Assembly: GCF_001194135.2 (NCBI RefSeq)
Contig: NC_068985.1
Span: forward strand, 35,785,154 to 35,849,153
Source of the DNA: Octopus bimaculoides
Lineage: Eukaryota
DNA length: 64,000 nucleotides
Reading direction: 5' to 3'
Part shown: piece after piece, positions 13,346 through 24,897 of the stretch
How the letters are laid out: each line of letters starts with the position of its first letter
How positions within the stretch are numbered: position 1 is the stretch's first letter
Notes under the pieces: generated by a model
What the model saw: the letters and a program-made list of their open reading frames with translations, nothing else
What the model was told of the DNA's origin: nothing
The model's database searches: none
Made by a program: the position numbers and the translations under genes

Positions 13346-14656
13346 ATATATACATACGTCTTAGTATCTGTTTGTTCCCCAAGTAGTGTCAGTGTGTTTA
13401 CATCCCTATTAACTTGGTAGTTCAGCAAAAACTGAAAGATTAAGCACTAAGCTTTAAAAAAACAAGTCCTGGAGTTAGTTTCTTCATTTAATATGTTTTC
13501 TATGCTGACATGGGTTGGACGGTTTGGAAACTTGTAAGCTGGGGAGCTGCAGGTTTCAATCTAATTTAGCATGGTCTCTCAAACTGGATGCCCTTCCTAA
13601 TGCCAACCACTCCCAAGAGTGGAGTGGTTGCTGTTTGTGTGCCAGTTAAAAAAAAACCCAGCATCGGCCATGATTACAATCTCACTTGGCTTGACAGGTC
13701 TTCTCAAGCACGGTATATTGCTAAAGGTGTAAAATCCTTCAAGGCAGTGCTCCAACATGTCCGTAGTCAGGTGAATGAAACAACAATGAATGATATACTA
13801 CTAAATATGAAAGTATTCATTTTGAAGCACAAGCATGGCTGAGTGTTTTCAGAATCACAAGTAGTTTTAGGCTTCCATTTTAGCCTTGACTTACCATTTC
13901 CTTGTGAGCAGTGGAGTTGGTAAATGGAAACGGTACTGGAGCCTATTTGTATTGTATCTTCCCATTTGTGCATTGTTTGTACCTCTTATCAAAGCATTGG
14001 CTTTTGTGATTATGTGAAAGCTAAGTTGGCAACAAGAGTCTCTGACTATAGACTGCTGCCTCACCTTTTTCCATGGGTTGAGTTACTGAGGTAATATGCT
14101 GCAGTCAGACTGCCTTCTAGGTGACTGGAAGGATTTAGCTTTAAGAAGCTTGCGTGTGTAGTCAATAATATTGATACATTATACTAGTATATACTTACAC
14201 ACCTGACTGGTTTTTTCGTTTTTCTGACCATCAGATTTTGTTCTGAAAAGTTAACTCCAAGCTATGAGACACTTAAGGTGCCATGCAATGAGATGTAATC
14301 CTATACTACATGATGAAGAAGTTTAACCTGTGCAATGGACTTCCATGCCATTTCTCTCTGCCAACTTCATTCACAATTGATAAATTATCTCCAGGATATA
14401 TTGACACTTACACATGGTTGTGAATCAAATTTTTTAACTATGTAGCCATGCCTATAATCATAAGATATGTAATTGTTTGCTTGTTATAGAGAAAGTTTTC
14501 AAAATTGCAAAAATGGAGCACTAATTTCATATTAGTGCATCCTCTTTTCATGTGTAAGATATATAAACAAAATGAATATTTATGATTTTTAAGTGTTTCT
14601 CATAAGGATTTCCACTGAAAACCTTTCTTTTACAGGTTACAACTTGTCAAGTAAAT

Positions 14657-14673
14657 ATGGCGGACAATGACCC
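14657..14673 (+). CDS. NAP1L1: NAP1-like coding exon 1 (MADNDP, 17 nt; exon starts at 14636 after tacag)
   Basis: Acceptor ctttcttttacag ending at 14635, ATG GCG GAC AAT GAC CC, donor gtgagt at 14674. Phase 2 joins the next exon in frame, and the MAD-N-D start resembles vertebrate NAP1L1. Confidence 0.85.
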
Positions 14674-15785
14674 GTGAGTATTTAAAATATAAAATTATAA
14701 TTTAGAAGTTAAATTTAACTTAAGTGTATATAACTTTGACAGGCCTTTTAAAACCTGTTTTTGTCTATAACTCTCCTCTAGGTTATTTTGAAGTTGAATA
14801 TATTTATGAAATCCCAGCATTTCTATACATGTGGTTTTTGTTTGCTGTATATTTTATATTATTTTTAATGTCTTCTTCGAAAAGTACTTCAAATTAAAAC
14901 TAGTTGCTTGACATCACAAAACCAGTATCAATTTTTTGTCCATTATGAAACCTTTCTGAAAGTCAAAATGGAGAGAGAAAAAATCTCCAAAAATTTGCGG
15001 TGCTCACATATGTGTACTGTAACTCAATTGTTTACTTAGTGAAACCACTATTTTTATCTGGATTTTGAGAAATACATTAAAATCAAAGATTTCTCTTGTG
15101 AAATCATTGCATTAAGTGTTGTTGATGCTATTGCTTACACTCAGAAATTGAAATGTCTGATTCCAAGTTCTTGTTTTCTGTGACTCTAAATTGAATTTCA
15201 ATTCAACCAACAGTAGATTATTTCAAACTTTTGAAATGCAGTGGGACAAACACAGGAAGTTTGATATATGACCAATAATTAGTTTGTGTATAATTATGTA
15301 TTGTCATTTCTGTTGGTTGTAATTTTGTGATAATACTAACAAGTCTATTGGGTACTGCTCCATCTGAACTACCACTGGCCAGTAATTCAAACTGTCCATG
15401 TATTTATAAGATACAAGCTGGTTTTTGTGAGATGCTACCACCTACTTAAAGAGTATATCATATTAGCTGTCTGATATGCTACATACTTGTATTTTATAAA
15501 ACTGATCAGAGAAAAGTCAGATTGTATTTTCTGTTGCAGTTTTCTAGCAAATAATTTGTTGTTTATATAATGTGTATTTTAGAGGGTTAAGAATGTAGGC
15601 AGAATTATTTCTGTTTACAGATACTCCCCTCTAATAGTAAATGAAAAAGTGATTAGAACATTCTGGATGTATAAAGTAAATTTTCCAGACTACTTGATCA
15701 CTTACATTTTTAATTTATAATAATGGAATTAACACTTGAAAATTATAAATAGCAATATCTTTAATTGTATAAAATTTTATTTCAG

Positions 15786-15847
15786 ACAAAACAATGCAGA
15801 AGCTGATCCTGAGGAAGTAGAAACAGATGTTGATGAAGGATCAGAAG
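15786..15847 (+). CDS. NAP1L1: NAP1-like coding exon 2 (QNNAEADPEEVETDVDEGSE)
   Basis: ttcag acceptor and gtaatc donor; acidic N-terminal segment; phases 2 and 1 fit the neighbouring exons. Confidence 0.85.
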
Positions 15848-15985
15848 GTAATCCTGACTACTTTAATTATTTTAACCTGTGGATAGGTGTAAATTTCGAA
15901 GCTATAATGACAAAAGCATGTTTTTTATATAAAAAAAATATTCGAAAGGGTTTTTATTTGTGTGTGTATAATATATATGTAATTA

Positions 15986-16543
15986 GGGTACTAAGAAGCA
16001 CCAGCTTTGCTAAAGAAAGGGGTCTTGAAAAATTTCTGAAGCCATGGTAATCAAATTTATACAGACAGGGGGGTGGGGGTGTGAGAAAAAAAACTAAGTG
16101 AATAAGAATCTTACCTCCTGCAAGATTGCAAGAAAGAATGGCAGTTGGTATCATGATTTTGAATTCAGTGCCAAAAAGCACTTGATTCTCTTCAGCCAAA
16201 TCTTATAATAATGTTGTTAAATTCACTTACCAATGCCTGTGTTCATCTGAGTGCCTCAGCCTCATTGAAGAAACGAACTGTGAATTATAAATATATAAAA
16301 GAATGTTTTGTGTCTGGGGAGAGTCTTTCTCCTTTTAGTGCTTTATTTAACACACTCACGAGTGAGTGTGTTGGCACTAAAAAAGTACTCTCCCCAGACA
16401 CAAAATGTGCTTCAACACACGAATTTGCATAAAGAATCTTGCAAACCAAAACCCAAAATTAAATAAAAGAATTATAATAAATATGAAAGAACACTTATTC
16501 ATATAACTCCTTTCCTGAGCAAAGCTGGTGCTTCTTACTACCC
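15986..16543. mobile_element. MITE with ~39-bp TIRs, TA-flanked
   Basis: attagggtactaagaagcaccagctttgctaaagaaagg (15982-16020) is the near-exact reverse complement of 16509-16547. Confidence 0.75.
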
Positions 16544-16676
16544 TAATATATATATATATATATGTACATATATTAATTTACTGATATGGTTTTATGCTTG
16601 TGGTCACTAATATTATTTGTGTGTGTGTGTGCATATAAATAAATAATTTGTCACATGTAAAGATATTTTAATTTAA

Positions 16677-18358
16677 CCCTTTTGATACCAAACTGCCTCT
16701 GCCTCTGTAATATGAATGTATTGTTTTCAAAAGTTCTAAATTAAAATCTTCTAAACCTTAGTCACAATTTACCTTCCTCTCACTAGCTTAACCCTTTCGT
16801 TACCAAACCGCCCAAGGCCACCCGAGATAAATTTTGGTTCATGTGACCAAGCCGCCCAAAACCGCCCGTAATCACCTATTCATATTTAAATGAGAATATC
16901 CGAGCAAATCTCGTTAGTACATTCGTGAAAACACGTGATTATTTGTGTAAACAGTTCAGCTATAGTTTTGTACGATGATCAACGTGTTTTTGTGAATTTT
17001 GGGAGATTTTTTTCCAAATTTGTTCCTGTTGTGTTTTCAAAATTTGTAATCCTGACAAAAAAATGGATACGAATTCTATTCTGTCAAGCAGAGAGTCAGA
17101 ATTCGAAGGATTTTCCGTTGAAAACCTTGATGAATCTAACTCTNNNNNNNNNNNNNNNNNNNNNNNNNNNNNNNNNNNNNNNNNNNNNNNNNNNNNNNNN
17201 NNNNNNNNNNNNNNNNNNNNNNNNNNNNNNNNNNNNNNNNNNNNNNNNNNNNNNNNNNNNNNNNNNNNNNNNNNNNNNNNNNNNNNNNNNNNNNNNNNNN
17301 NNNNNNNNNNNNNNNNNNNNNNNNNNNNNNNNNNNNNNNNNNNNNNNNNNNNNNNNNNNNNNNNNNNNNNNNNNNNNNNNNNNNNNNNNNNNNNNNNNNN
17401 NNNNNNNNNNNNNNNNNNNNNNNNNNNNNNNNNNNNNNNNNNNNNNNNNNNNNNNNNNNNNNNNNNNNNNNNNNNNNNNNNNNNNNNNNNNNNNNNNNNN
17501 NNNNNNNNNNNNNNNNNNNNNNNNNNNNNNNNNNNNNNNNNNNNNNNNNNNNNNNNNNNNNNNNNNNNNNNNNNNNNNNNNNNNNNNNNNNNNNNNNNNN
17601 NNNNNNNNNNNNNNNNNNNNNNNTGACGAGGATACGGTTTTTAAAATTGACTCAATATCTACATGTAAGAGACACGAGCAGTACACCAGTACGTAGAAAA
17701 CCAGACTTTGATCCCTTATTTAAAATAAGACCCCTCATTGACTGTGTTCAAATCACATATAAAACAGTTTATAGATGAGGATATGGTGGGCTATAAAGGC
17801 TGAGTGCGTTTTCGACAGTATATGCCAGGAAAACGCACAAAATGGGGGATCAAAGTTTGGAAAAGATTTGTGAATCAAATACTGGGTACTGCTCTGGATT
17901 TTAATTTTATACTGGCAAAAGAGACAGTAATAAATCCAGTAATGTGCACAACTCTTCTATAATAATATTTTGTTGTATACCCAATTGAATATAAGCTAAT
18001 AACCCATTTTCTATAGCGATGTTTGAACAAAAATTTTAATTTTATATTTTGTTGAATTTACCTGTAATTAAAGTCACTTTGTGACAAAAATTTTGGTATA
18101 GAATTGGTTGAGAACCTTTCGTTAAATTATCTTCCAAAAATCACATTAATATGTTGATAAATAATAGTTGTTTGATAAAACCAGCCTGAATTTATGATTA
18201 TGTTAGAAATTAATTGAAACACATAAGGGGTGTAATTTGGTTAGAAATATGGTAACGAAAGGGTTAATGATAACCAAGTTATTTTACTAAATTTTTTTAT
18301 ATTTGAAATTAATGAAAGAAACACATAGCATCTCAATGGAAATATGGTAACAAAAGGT
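16677..18358. mobile_element. Older piggyBac-family MITE (~206 bp net) hosting the younger piggyBac
   Basis: TTAA at 16673-16676 and 18359-18362; ends cccttttgatacca and tggtaacaaaaggt match at 12 of 14 positions. Confidence 0.7.
16792..18263 (+). mobile_element. piggyBac transposon, internally deleted and decayed (contains an N gap)
   Basis: TTAA at 16788-16791 and 18264-18267; 14-bp TIR ccctttcgttacca / tggtaacgaaaggg; catalytic-region remnant IDEDMVGYKG*VRFRQYMPGKRTKWGIKVW from 17771. Confidence 0.92.
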
Positions 18359-18425
18359 TTAACTGGAGTATATTATTTTGTTATAGGTTATTATAATTAG
18401 AATTACCTCACTAATTTTCTTTCAG

Positions 18426-18546
18426 ATGCTCCACAAACTGGATCTACAGACGTTGCTTGTGAATGGATGCAAAATCCTTTTGAATTGGCTGCTCTGCAAG
18501 ATAAGCTAGGCAGTCTTATTGGTACTCCATCCACTTATATTCAAAG
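18426..18546 (+). CDS. NAP1L1: NAP1-like coding exon 3 (..MQNPFELAALQDKLGSLIGTPSTYIQ)
   Basis: ttcag acceptor, gtattt donor; matches the NAP1 motif MQNPxxLAALQxRL...GYIES. Confidence 0.95.
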
Positions 18547-20357
18547 GTATTTTCTTTTATTCCTTTACATGTTTCTGTCATTTAACTGAGGCTATGCTGG
18601 AGCACCACCTTTAGTCAAAGAAATCAACCTTAGGACTTCCTTCTAAGTCTAGAACTTATTCTGTCATTCTCTTTTGCCAAGTTTTGGTGACATTAACACA
18701 CCAGCATTGGTTGTCAAGTAATGGCAAACACACACGTACATATGATGGCTTCTTTCATTTTCTGTCTACCAAATCCACTCACAAAGGTTTAGTCAGCCTG
18801 AGGCAATAGTAATAAACACTTGCCGAAGGTTCCATGCAGTGGGGTTGAACCTGGAATCATGTGGTTGGGAAGCAAGTTTCTTAGCACACAGCCATGCCAG
18901 TGCCTATTCAAATTTTTTTAGCTTTTATGTTGCTAGATTTACACAGGGTTATTAACATAACCAGTGAGATAGTGTGTTAGTATGATTTTAATACCCTTTA
19001 ACTAGCCCTTCAGTACCACCTTAATAGTCCTCTCTGTTACTAGCATTTAGTATTTAAGGCTATATCTCTGATTTGCTTATGATTTACTCTACTTTCTACA
19101 ACACCTTGTAAAGTGCTGTTGTTTAAAGAGGATGGGGGCGAGGGACTGGAGCGACCAGTTGTGATAATACTTCCTGTAGGATCACCTGTTTTATGCTTTT
19201 TACATGAATTAAAGTAGTGGTTATTAACAGCTACACCAGTCTGCATGCCCTTTAACTATGGAGATGCTGTTTGAGAAAACTTCAGTATTAAATTTATTGT
19301 ATTCCATTTACTGAATATAAGCATTTCTTTGGAAGCAACATGGCCCAATGATCAAATTTTGCACAAGGGTACACACATGATGGGCTTCATTCCACAAAAT
19401 TCACTCAGAGCTTTAGTTGGCCTGGATCTACAGTATACGACTCTTGAAAGAATAAAGAAAATAACTTGCTGAAATGAATTATTCAGGATTCAGTTGCTGT
19501 CTACAAATGTGGCAAATATTTATGTAAATATAGTTATAAAACAATCCTATATGATCTAATGGTAACAGATAGTGGTTACAAGTATATTGAAATTTTGTTC
19601 ATTTTTGTTTTTTTTAGTTATGACTGAAGTATTAAAAGAATTTTCATTATTTGTAATGTAATTTTGTAGAATATTGGTATAGCAGTGTGGTTCGTTCCAA
19701 CCACAGTTTCAGATACAGCCTATCTGCACAGCACTTTTGACAATTGTCTTGCACCTACTTGGGTGGATATGCTTGACAGTAAATAAGAAGCTTATCTTGT
19801 ATGTCTTCACATTTGCTCTTTGAAAATAGCTAATCTTTAAGGGATAGTGTCATTGCTTTCAAAGATCCCTTATTCGAAATATATATAGGTATGTATTGGT
19901 GATAAGAAGGACATCTAACTGTAAAACAATGCTTTATTAATATTTGTGTAACCTATGCAGGGTAAAAGAAAATGAATTACAAATGAGCGTTCTGAAGGAC
20001 TATTAAAAGCGCACTTGAAATTTAACTTCTTTAGTAGGTTTCTAAATAAAATAATCTCCCCACCTATGATTTAGTTCAATTCTAAAATGAAGAACTTGGT
20101 CATAAAACTTATTTTTTGATATGAGAATTTCAATAGGGCATGAATGAGTTATAAATTTAGCTATTAAGTGTTGCTGTATGAGTTAATGTTCAGCTTTAGT
20201 TGGGCGATAAAAGAAATTATGCATTGATGTGCCTGTAGTTACTTATAAATTTCCCAAATGTATTAAAATTTTGAATTTTCTTGCTGTATGTAGACTCTAC
20301 AGTGCCTATTTTTTTAAATCCCAATAATCATACTCTGTGTTGGATTTTCTTTTACAG

Positions 20358-20499
20358 TTTACCTAAATGTGTTAAGCGGAGAATAAAAGCCTTAAAGAAA
20401 CTCCAATTTGAAACAACTAAGATTGAATCTGATTTCTATGAAGAACTTCACTCGTTGGAATGCAAATTTGCTGAGAAATATGCTCCATTCTATGATAAA
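20358..20499 (+). CDS. NAP1L1: NAP1-like coding exon 4 (SLPKCVKRRIKALKKLQ...FYDK)
   Basis: tttacag acceptor, gtgaga donor; NAP dimerisation helix LPxxVKRRxxALKxLQ. Confidence 0.97.
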
Positions 20500-20615
20500 G
20501 TGAGATTATCATTGTAACTATTGAGTTAATTGTTTGTGCTTTAATGTTAATTTTAGCAGCCATTTAAATTTTATTTTCTCAACTCTTTTTTTTTTTTTTT
20601 TTTTTTTTTTTGTAG

Positions 20616-20690
20616 AGAAAAGATATTGTGAATGCTAATGTTGAACCCACAGACGAAGAATGTGATTGGTCGAGTGACGAAGAATTAGCA
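20616..20690 (+). CDS. NAP1L1: NAP1-like coding exon 5 (RKDIVNANVEPTDEECDWSSDEELA)
   Basis: Poly-T tract with tgtag acceptor, gtatgt donor; EPTDEECDW motif. Confidence 0.96.
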
Positions 20691-21674
20691 GTATGTATCG
20701 CATTGTTTCATGCACCAGTTTAATAGTGACAAAATTAATGTACTACGTTCTTTTTTTTTTTTTTTCTTTTTTGTTGAGGCAAAAGTTGTACATTTGAGGC
20801 ATATGGTAATGTAAGGTTTAAGTGGCTAATTTTTTGCATGGGTAATTTACATCTGCTTTGGTTTCATCTGATTCAGCTATTTTGTATGATGCTCTAGAAT
20901 TGAATGGATTTAAAATTGTTTAAAGTTTCCATCAAATGTAATTATAGATATGACAAATGTAAGCTATAATACTTCTTTGAAATGGTTCAGAAATAAATTT
21001 GTTCCCGTGTCTGATAAGTAGCTTTGCAAATAGTTGTCAATCTGTATGATCCAAAAAAATTTATGAAATTGCTTCATTTTTGTCCATACTGAAATAGCTA
21101 AACTTGAATATTATCTTACAGGTGTGGAAATTTGTGACTTAGATTCAAGTAGGCTTAAATTATTTGCCCCCAAAGTATTTACATGTGAAATAACTGTAAA
21201 TGATTATGGAATTGTAAATTCTTTCTGTACAAAAAACTCTGCTTAAGAGATCATATCATCTACATTTCCATGCTTGCATGGGTTTAACAATTTGAGGCAG
21301 GTTTTCTGCATCCCGGTACCCTTGCTTGTTTCCAGGCAAGTTAATGTTTTCCCCATGGCTAGACATGTTTGCACAGAGCATTGGGAATTAATGACATTGC
21401 TTGGACAGCACTCATTTACAACTATTGTGATGGCAAGACAAGGACACATACACACTTGCAGGTGATTGGACAAATGAAAGAAAGGCATTTAACACACATA
21501 GTGGGAATTACATTATTTAAAACAGTTTAATTCAGCCCAATATACCTTAGTTTCATAGGTGCCACCAAAACCAACAAGCTAGGTTTCTGTAAGTAATATA
21601 CAAAGCTTAGGGTTGCATCAAACTGTTTTAAATATTTGTAACAAGCATATAATAGAGGTTCAAATTTCTTCCAG

Positions 21675-21747
21675 GATGATATGCGAAATAAAGCTGCAGT
21701 TGAGGATAAGCCAGAACAAAAAGAACCTGAGGTAGAGGTTTTAGATG
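21675..21747 (+). CDS. NAP1L1: NAP1-like coding exon 6 (DDMRNKAAVEDKPEQKEPEVEVLD)
   Basis: ttcttccag acceptor, gtaagt donor; phase 0 to 1 fits. Confidence 0.92.
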
Positions 21748-22583
21748 GTAAGTATTTAAATTCAGTTATTTGGCTGATTGTGAAAAGATGTAAGCAATAT
21801 AACAGTTATCTTTTTCTGATATCATTGGCTTTTACTTTCCGAAGCTGGTATAGGTTGGACCGAACATTATAGTCTGTCATTTATTGGGAAGAGTCACTCC
21901 TAATGACTGGTTTTCCTATGTGTTATTGGTTGTTTCTTTGGCTAGATAACCCTCGCATTGCCAATCATATTGCAGTTTAAACTGCATTCATTTTCTTGTG
22001 ACATAAACACTAAAGCACTCATTAACCTAAGGCATGTAGACTGAGAAGGGACGTAAAGGGGAGTAATAATAGTAGAAAGGCCAGAAATAAGTAGTTATCA
22101 AGGTGTAAGTGTATTGAGTACTCGGTAGCCAACGGCATGTCTATTTATTTGGGTGATTTATGGGAGGGAGGGAGCTAGACATCAAAAGGACTGTAAAAGG
22201 GAATAGGGCAGAATCAAAAGTATAAAGGAGAGTGCAGGAGTATTTGCGGTAGGCAGTAGAAAAATAAATGACCAAGACAAGGGTGCTTATGAGTTAATGG
22301 CCTGGAAAGTTTAGTGCAGAGTGAAACTAATTCATTGGGTGGAGTGGTGGTCCAATGAAGTCTTGGATGTGGGTTTAGAGAACAGTGAGTGAGTCATGAA
22401 AGTGTATGGTGCAGTTGGCATAATAGTGCAGAGACAAGCCATTTTTGCTAAAATCCAATCTGCAAGTAAAGGTTGATACATGGATATTACTGACGATTTT
22501 TGAAATGGCAATTAGGAATAACCAAACATTAACCTATCAATTGTAAAGTTTTAATTAATTAGAATTTTTTTATTTTTTTCCAG

Positions 22584-22657
22584 AAAATACAAAAGGTATT
22601 CCTCATTTCTGGTTGACGGTCTTCAAGAATGTAGATATTCTTTCAGAAATGGTTCAG
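22584..22657 (+). CDS. NAP1L1: NAP1-like coding exon 7 (ENTKGIPHFWLTVFKNVDILSEMVQ)
   Basis: KGIPxFWLTxFKN NAP signature; cag acceptor and gtaaat donor. Confidence 0.97.
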
Positions 22658-23417
22658 GTAAATAGATTACTTTCGGTTACAAATGTGTGTTGGGCATTCA
22701 TAATGTCTGAAGAGAACTGACTTAATAACTATTAGCCTTCATCTTTTTTTTTTTCCCCCCTTCGAGCTAGATTATAAATGGATCAACTGAATTGGCTTGT
22801 GTTGCATTACTAGTTTTCGTACAAGTTCGCATTTGTTCGATATTGTTCAATAGTTTTTTACTTCAAAACCCTAACAAAATCTTGTGAGCTCTGGTCGGAT
22901 TTCAGCTCTAAAAAGATGGCCCAACTGTGTCTAAGCATTTAAACTGGCCATATCCAGCCAAAATGTTTTCCCCATTTTGCAGTGAAACTGGCCAGATCTG
23001 TCCTCTGGGACCTACACTAGTCATAAAACAAACACATTGAGATCTTGAAGCTGCATAATATAATTAATTCAAAACAATGTGAATAAACATTACATTTCAC
23101 AGTAATCTGAATACTAAAGAGTTAACCCACCACTATAGGTCTCCTAAGCATGCTGTTCTGTGTAGATTAACTACATGGTTTTCTATTTTTATATCTTTGT
23201 CAGTTTTAATTGGTAGATATAATCTATACATGGCGCTCAAAGTTGACAGGAAACATTTTTGAGTACAAAATATTTCGAGATTAAGATTTTTTGTTGCCAA
23301 ACATGAAAAATTTGTAGATTGCTTATTTTGCCAGTTGTTAGTAACACCTTTGCTTTCATTGCCTTTGAAGAATTGTAATTAATGTAAACTTTCTTTTTTA
23401 TCCTCCATTTGAATTAG

Positions 23418-23486
23418 GAACATGATGAACCTATTCTGAAACATCTTATTGATATAAAGTGTGTTTTCTCAGAGAAAGACCCAATG
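23418..23486 (+). CDS. NAP1L1: NAP1-like coding exon 8 (EHDEPILKHLIDIKCVFSEKDPM)
   Basis: EHDEPILKHL motif; tag acceptor and gtgagt donor. Confidence 0.97.
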
Positions 23487-23683
23487 GTGAGTTCTCTTTC
23501 TGGACTCTAACATTTTGTAAGGAGTTGGATAATTCTCAATTTATGATGTACAATTTTTAATCTTGAATAAGTGCCACTTAAAATAATCTGATGGTAATTC
23601 TGTTACTGTTACAGATAATGAGTAAATAATAACCAACTTATTGTAGTTGAAATGAAAGTTCTCTACTGTTTTTCATTTTACAG

Positions 23684-23823
23684 GGTTTCACCTTACAATT
23701 CTACTTTGAACCAAATGATTATATCAAGAATAGTGTATTAACAAAGAAATATATTATGAAATCAGAGCCTGATGTAAATGATCCTTTCTCTTTTGAAGGC
23801 CCAGAAATAATAAAATGTGTTGG
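23684..23823 (+). CDS. NAP1L1: NAP1-like coding exon 9 (GFTLQFYFEPND...DPFSFEGPEIIKCV)
   Basis: DPFSFEGPEI motif; cag acceptor and gtaagt donor. Confidence 0.97.
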
Positions 23824-23923
23824 GTAAGTGGATAAATTCGTTTGGAGTCAGCTGTCCACTACTTTTTCTCTTCTGCTTCCGTCATTGATAACACTTGTCA
23901 AATCTCTTTGTTTCTTTTACTAG

Positions 23924-24069
23924 TTGTCCAATAGAATGGAAAAAGGGAAAAGATGTTACTGTGAAAGTGTTGAAGAAAAAACTGAAGCATAAAGGTAGAG
24001 GAACGACAAGGACTGTTACAAAAACTGTAGAAATTGATTCCTTTTTCAATTTCTTCAATCCTCCTACAG
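23924..24069 (+). CDS. NAP1L1: NAP1-like coding exon 10 (GCPIEWKKGKDVTVK...KHKGRGTTRTVTKTV...SFFNFFNPPT)
   Basis: Basic NLS hairpin and SFFNFF motif; tag acceptor and gtaaaa donor. Confidence 0.97.
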
Positions 24070-24162
24070 GTAAAATTTTCTGACTTGTTTTATTATATGC
24101 ATAGATTATTTTGTATGGTGAAATGTTGAGTTATTCTAATTTTTATTTTATTTCTTTTTTAG

Positions 24163-24185
24163 TTCCTGCTGATGAATCAGAGCTG
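24163..24185 (+). CDS. NAP1L1: NAP1-like coding exon 11 (23-nt microexon, VPADESEL)
   Basis: T-rich ag acceptor, gtaagt donor; required to restore phase 1 to 0 between exons 10 and 12. Confidence 0.9.
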
Positions 24186-24273
24186 GTAAGTTTTGGCTTT
24201 ACATACATTTTGATTAAAATTTTTTTCTCATTTTACATTTTTATTATTTAATGTTTTTAAATTTTTTTTTAAG

Positions 24274-24393
24274 GATGAGAATGCTGAAACAATTTTGGCA
24301 ACAGATTTTGAAGTTGGGCACTTTATACGAGAAAGAATCATCCCAAAGGCTGTTTTGTATTTTACTGGCGAAGCATTGGAAGAAGATGAAGAT
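24274..24393 (+). CDS. NAP1L1: NAP1-like coding exon 12 (DENAETILATDFEVGHFIRERIIPKAVLYFTGEALEEDED)
   Basis: DFEVGHFIRERIIPKAVLYFTGEA signature; aag acceptor and gtaagt donor. Confidence 0.97.
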
Positions 24394-24870
24394 GTAAGTA
24401 TTGATTCCTCCTGTTCTAACCCATTGTTATATTTGTGACTGTCCTCTTTATTTTAATTAAATTCTAGAATCTTGATTAAATTTTAGTAAGCCATTAAATG
24501 GTTTCAAATAAAGACCTCCAAATTCTTACGAGTTCTCTCATAACTGTCCTAAAAGTAAAGTCTGAAATATAGACAGTTTTAATTTTTCTTTATGGAAATC
24601 AAATATAAATTTTATTCTGTCACTGCTTTATTCTCCACACCACTATACTTAATGCAGTGCTAGTCAACAGATTAATTCATTCTTTGATACACCTTGCTTA
24701 CATCAGTAACATATAAAATTATAGTGAACTGTCAATATTCTAGTTATTTGTAACATAGCACAGGGGAAAAAAATGTGACATTTAGTTTATATAGAAAATT
24801 CTTAAAGTATTTGGTTTTTATGCTACAAGATGTTTTACCATTTTATTTGCATAAAAAATTTTTTTTTCAG

Positions 24871-24897
24871 TATGAAGAGGAAGGTGATGAAGAGGAG
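24871..24897 (+). CDS. NAP1L1: NAP1-like coding exon 13 (27 nt, YEEEGDEEE)
   Basis: tttttttcag acceptor, gtaagt donor; acidic tail. Confidence 0.9.

Noticed and set aside
21732-21737. Alternative donor GAG|GTAGAG inside NAP1 coding exon 6
   Set aside because: It would give phase 0, whereas the next exon needs phase 1, causing a frameshift.
23530-23600. Possible C/D snoRNA in the 197-nt intron (ATGATGT ... CTGA)
   Set aside because: Imperfect C box, only about 50 nt long, weak terminal stem and no recognisable rRNA guide.
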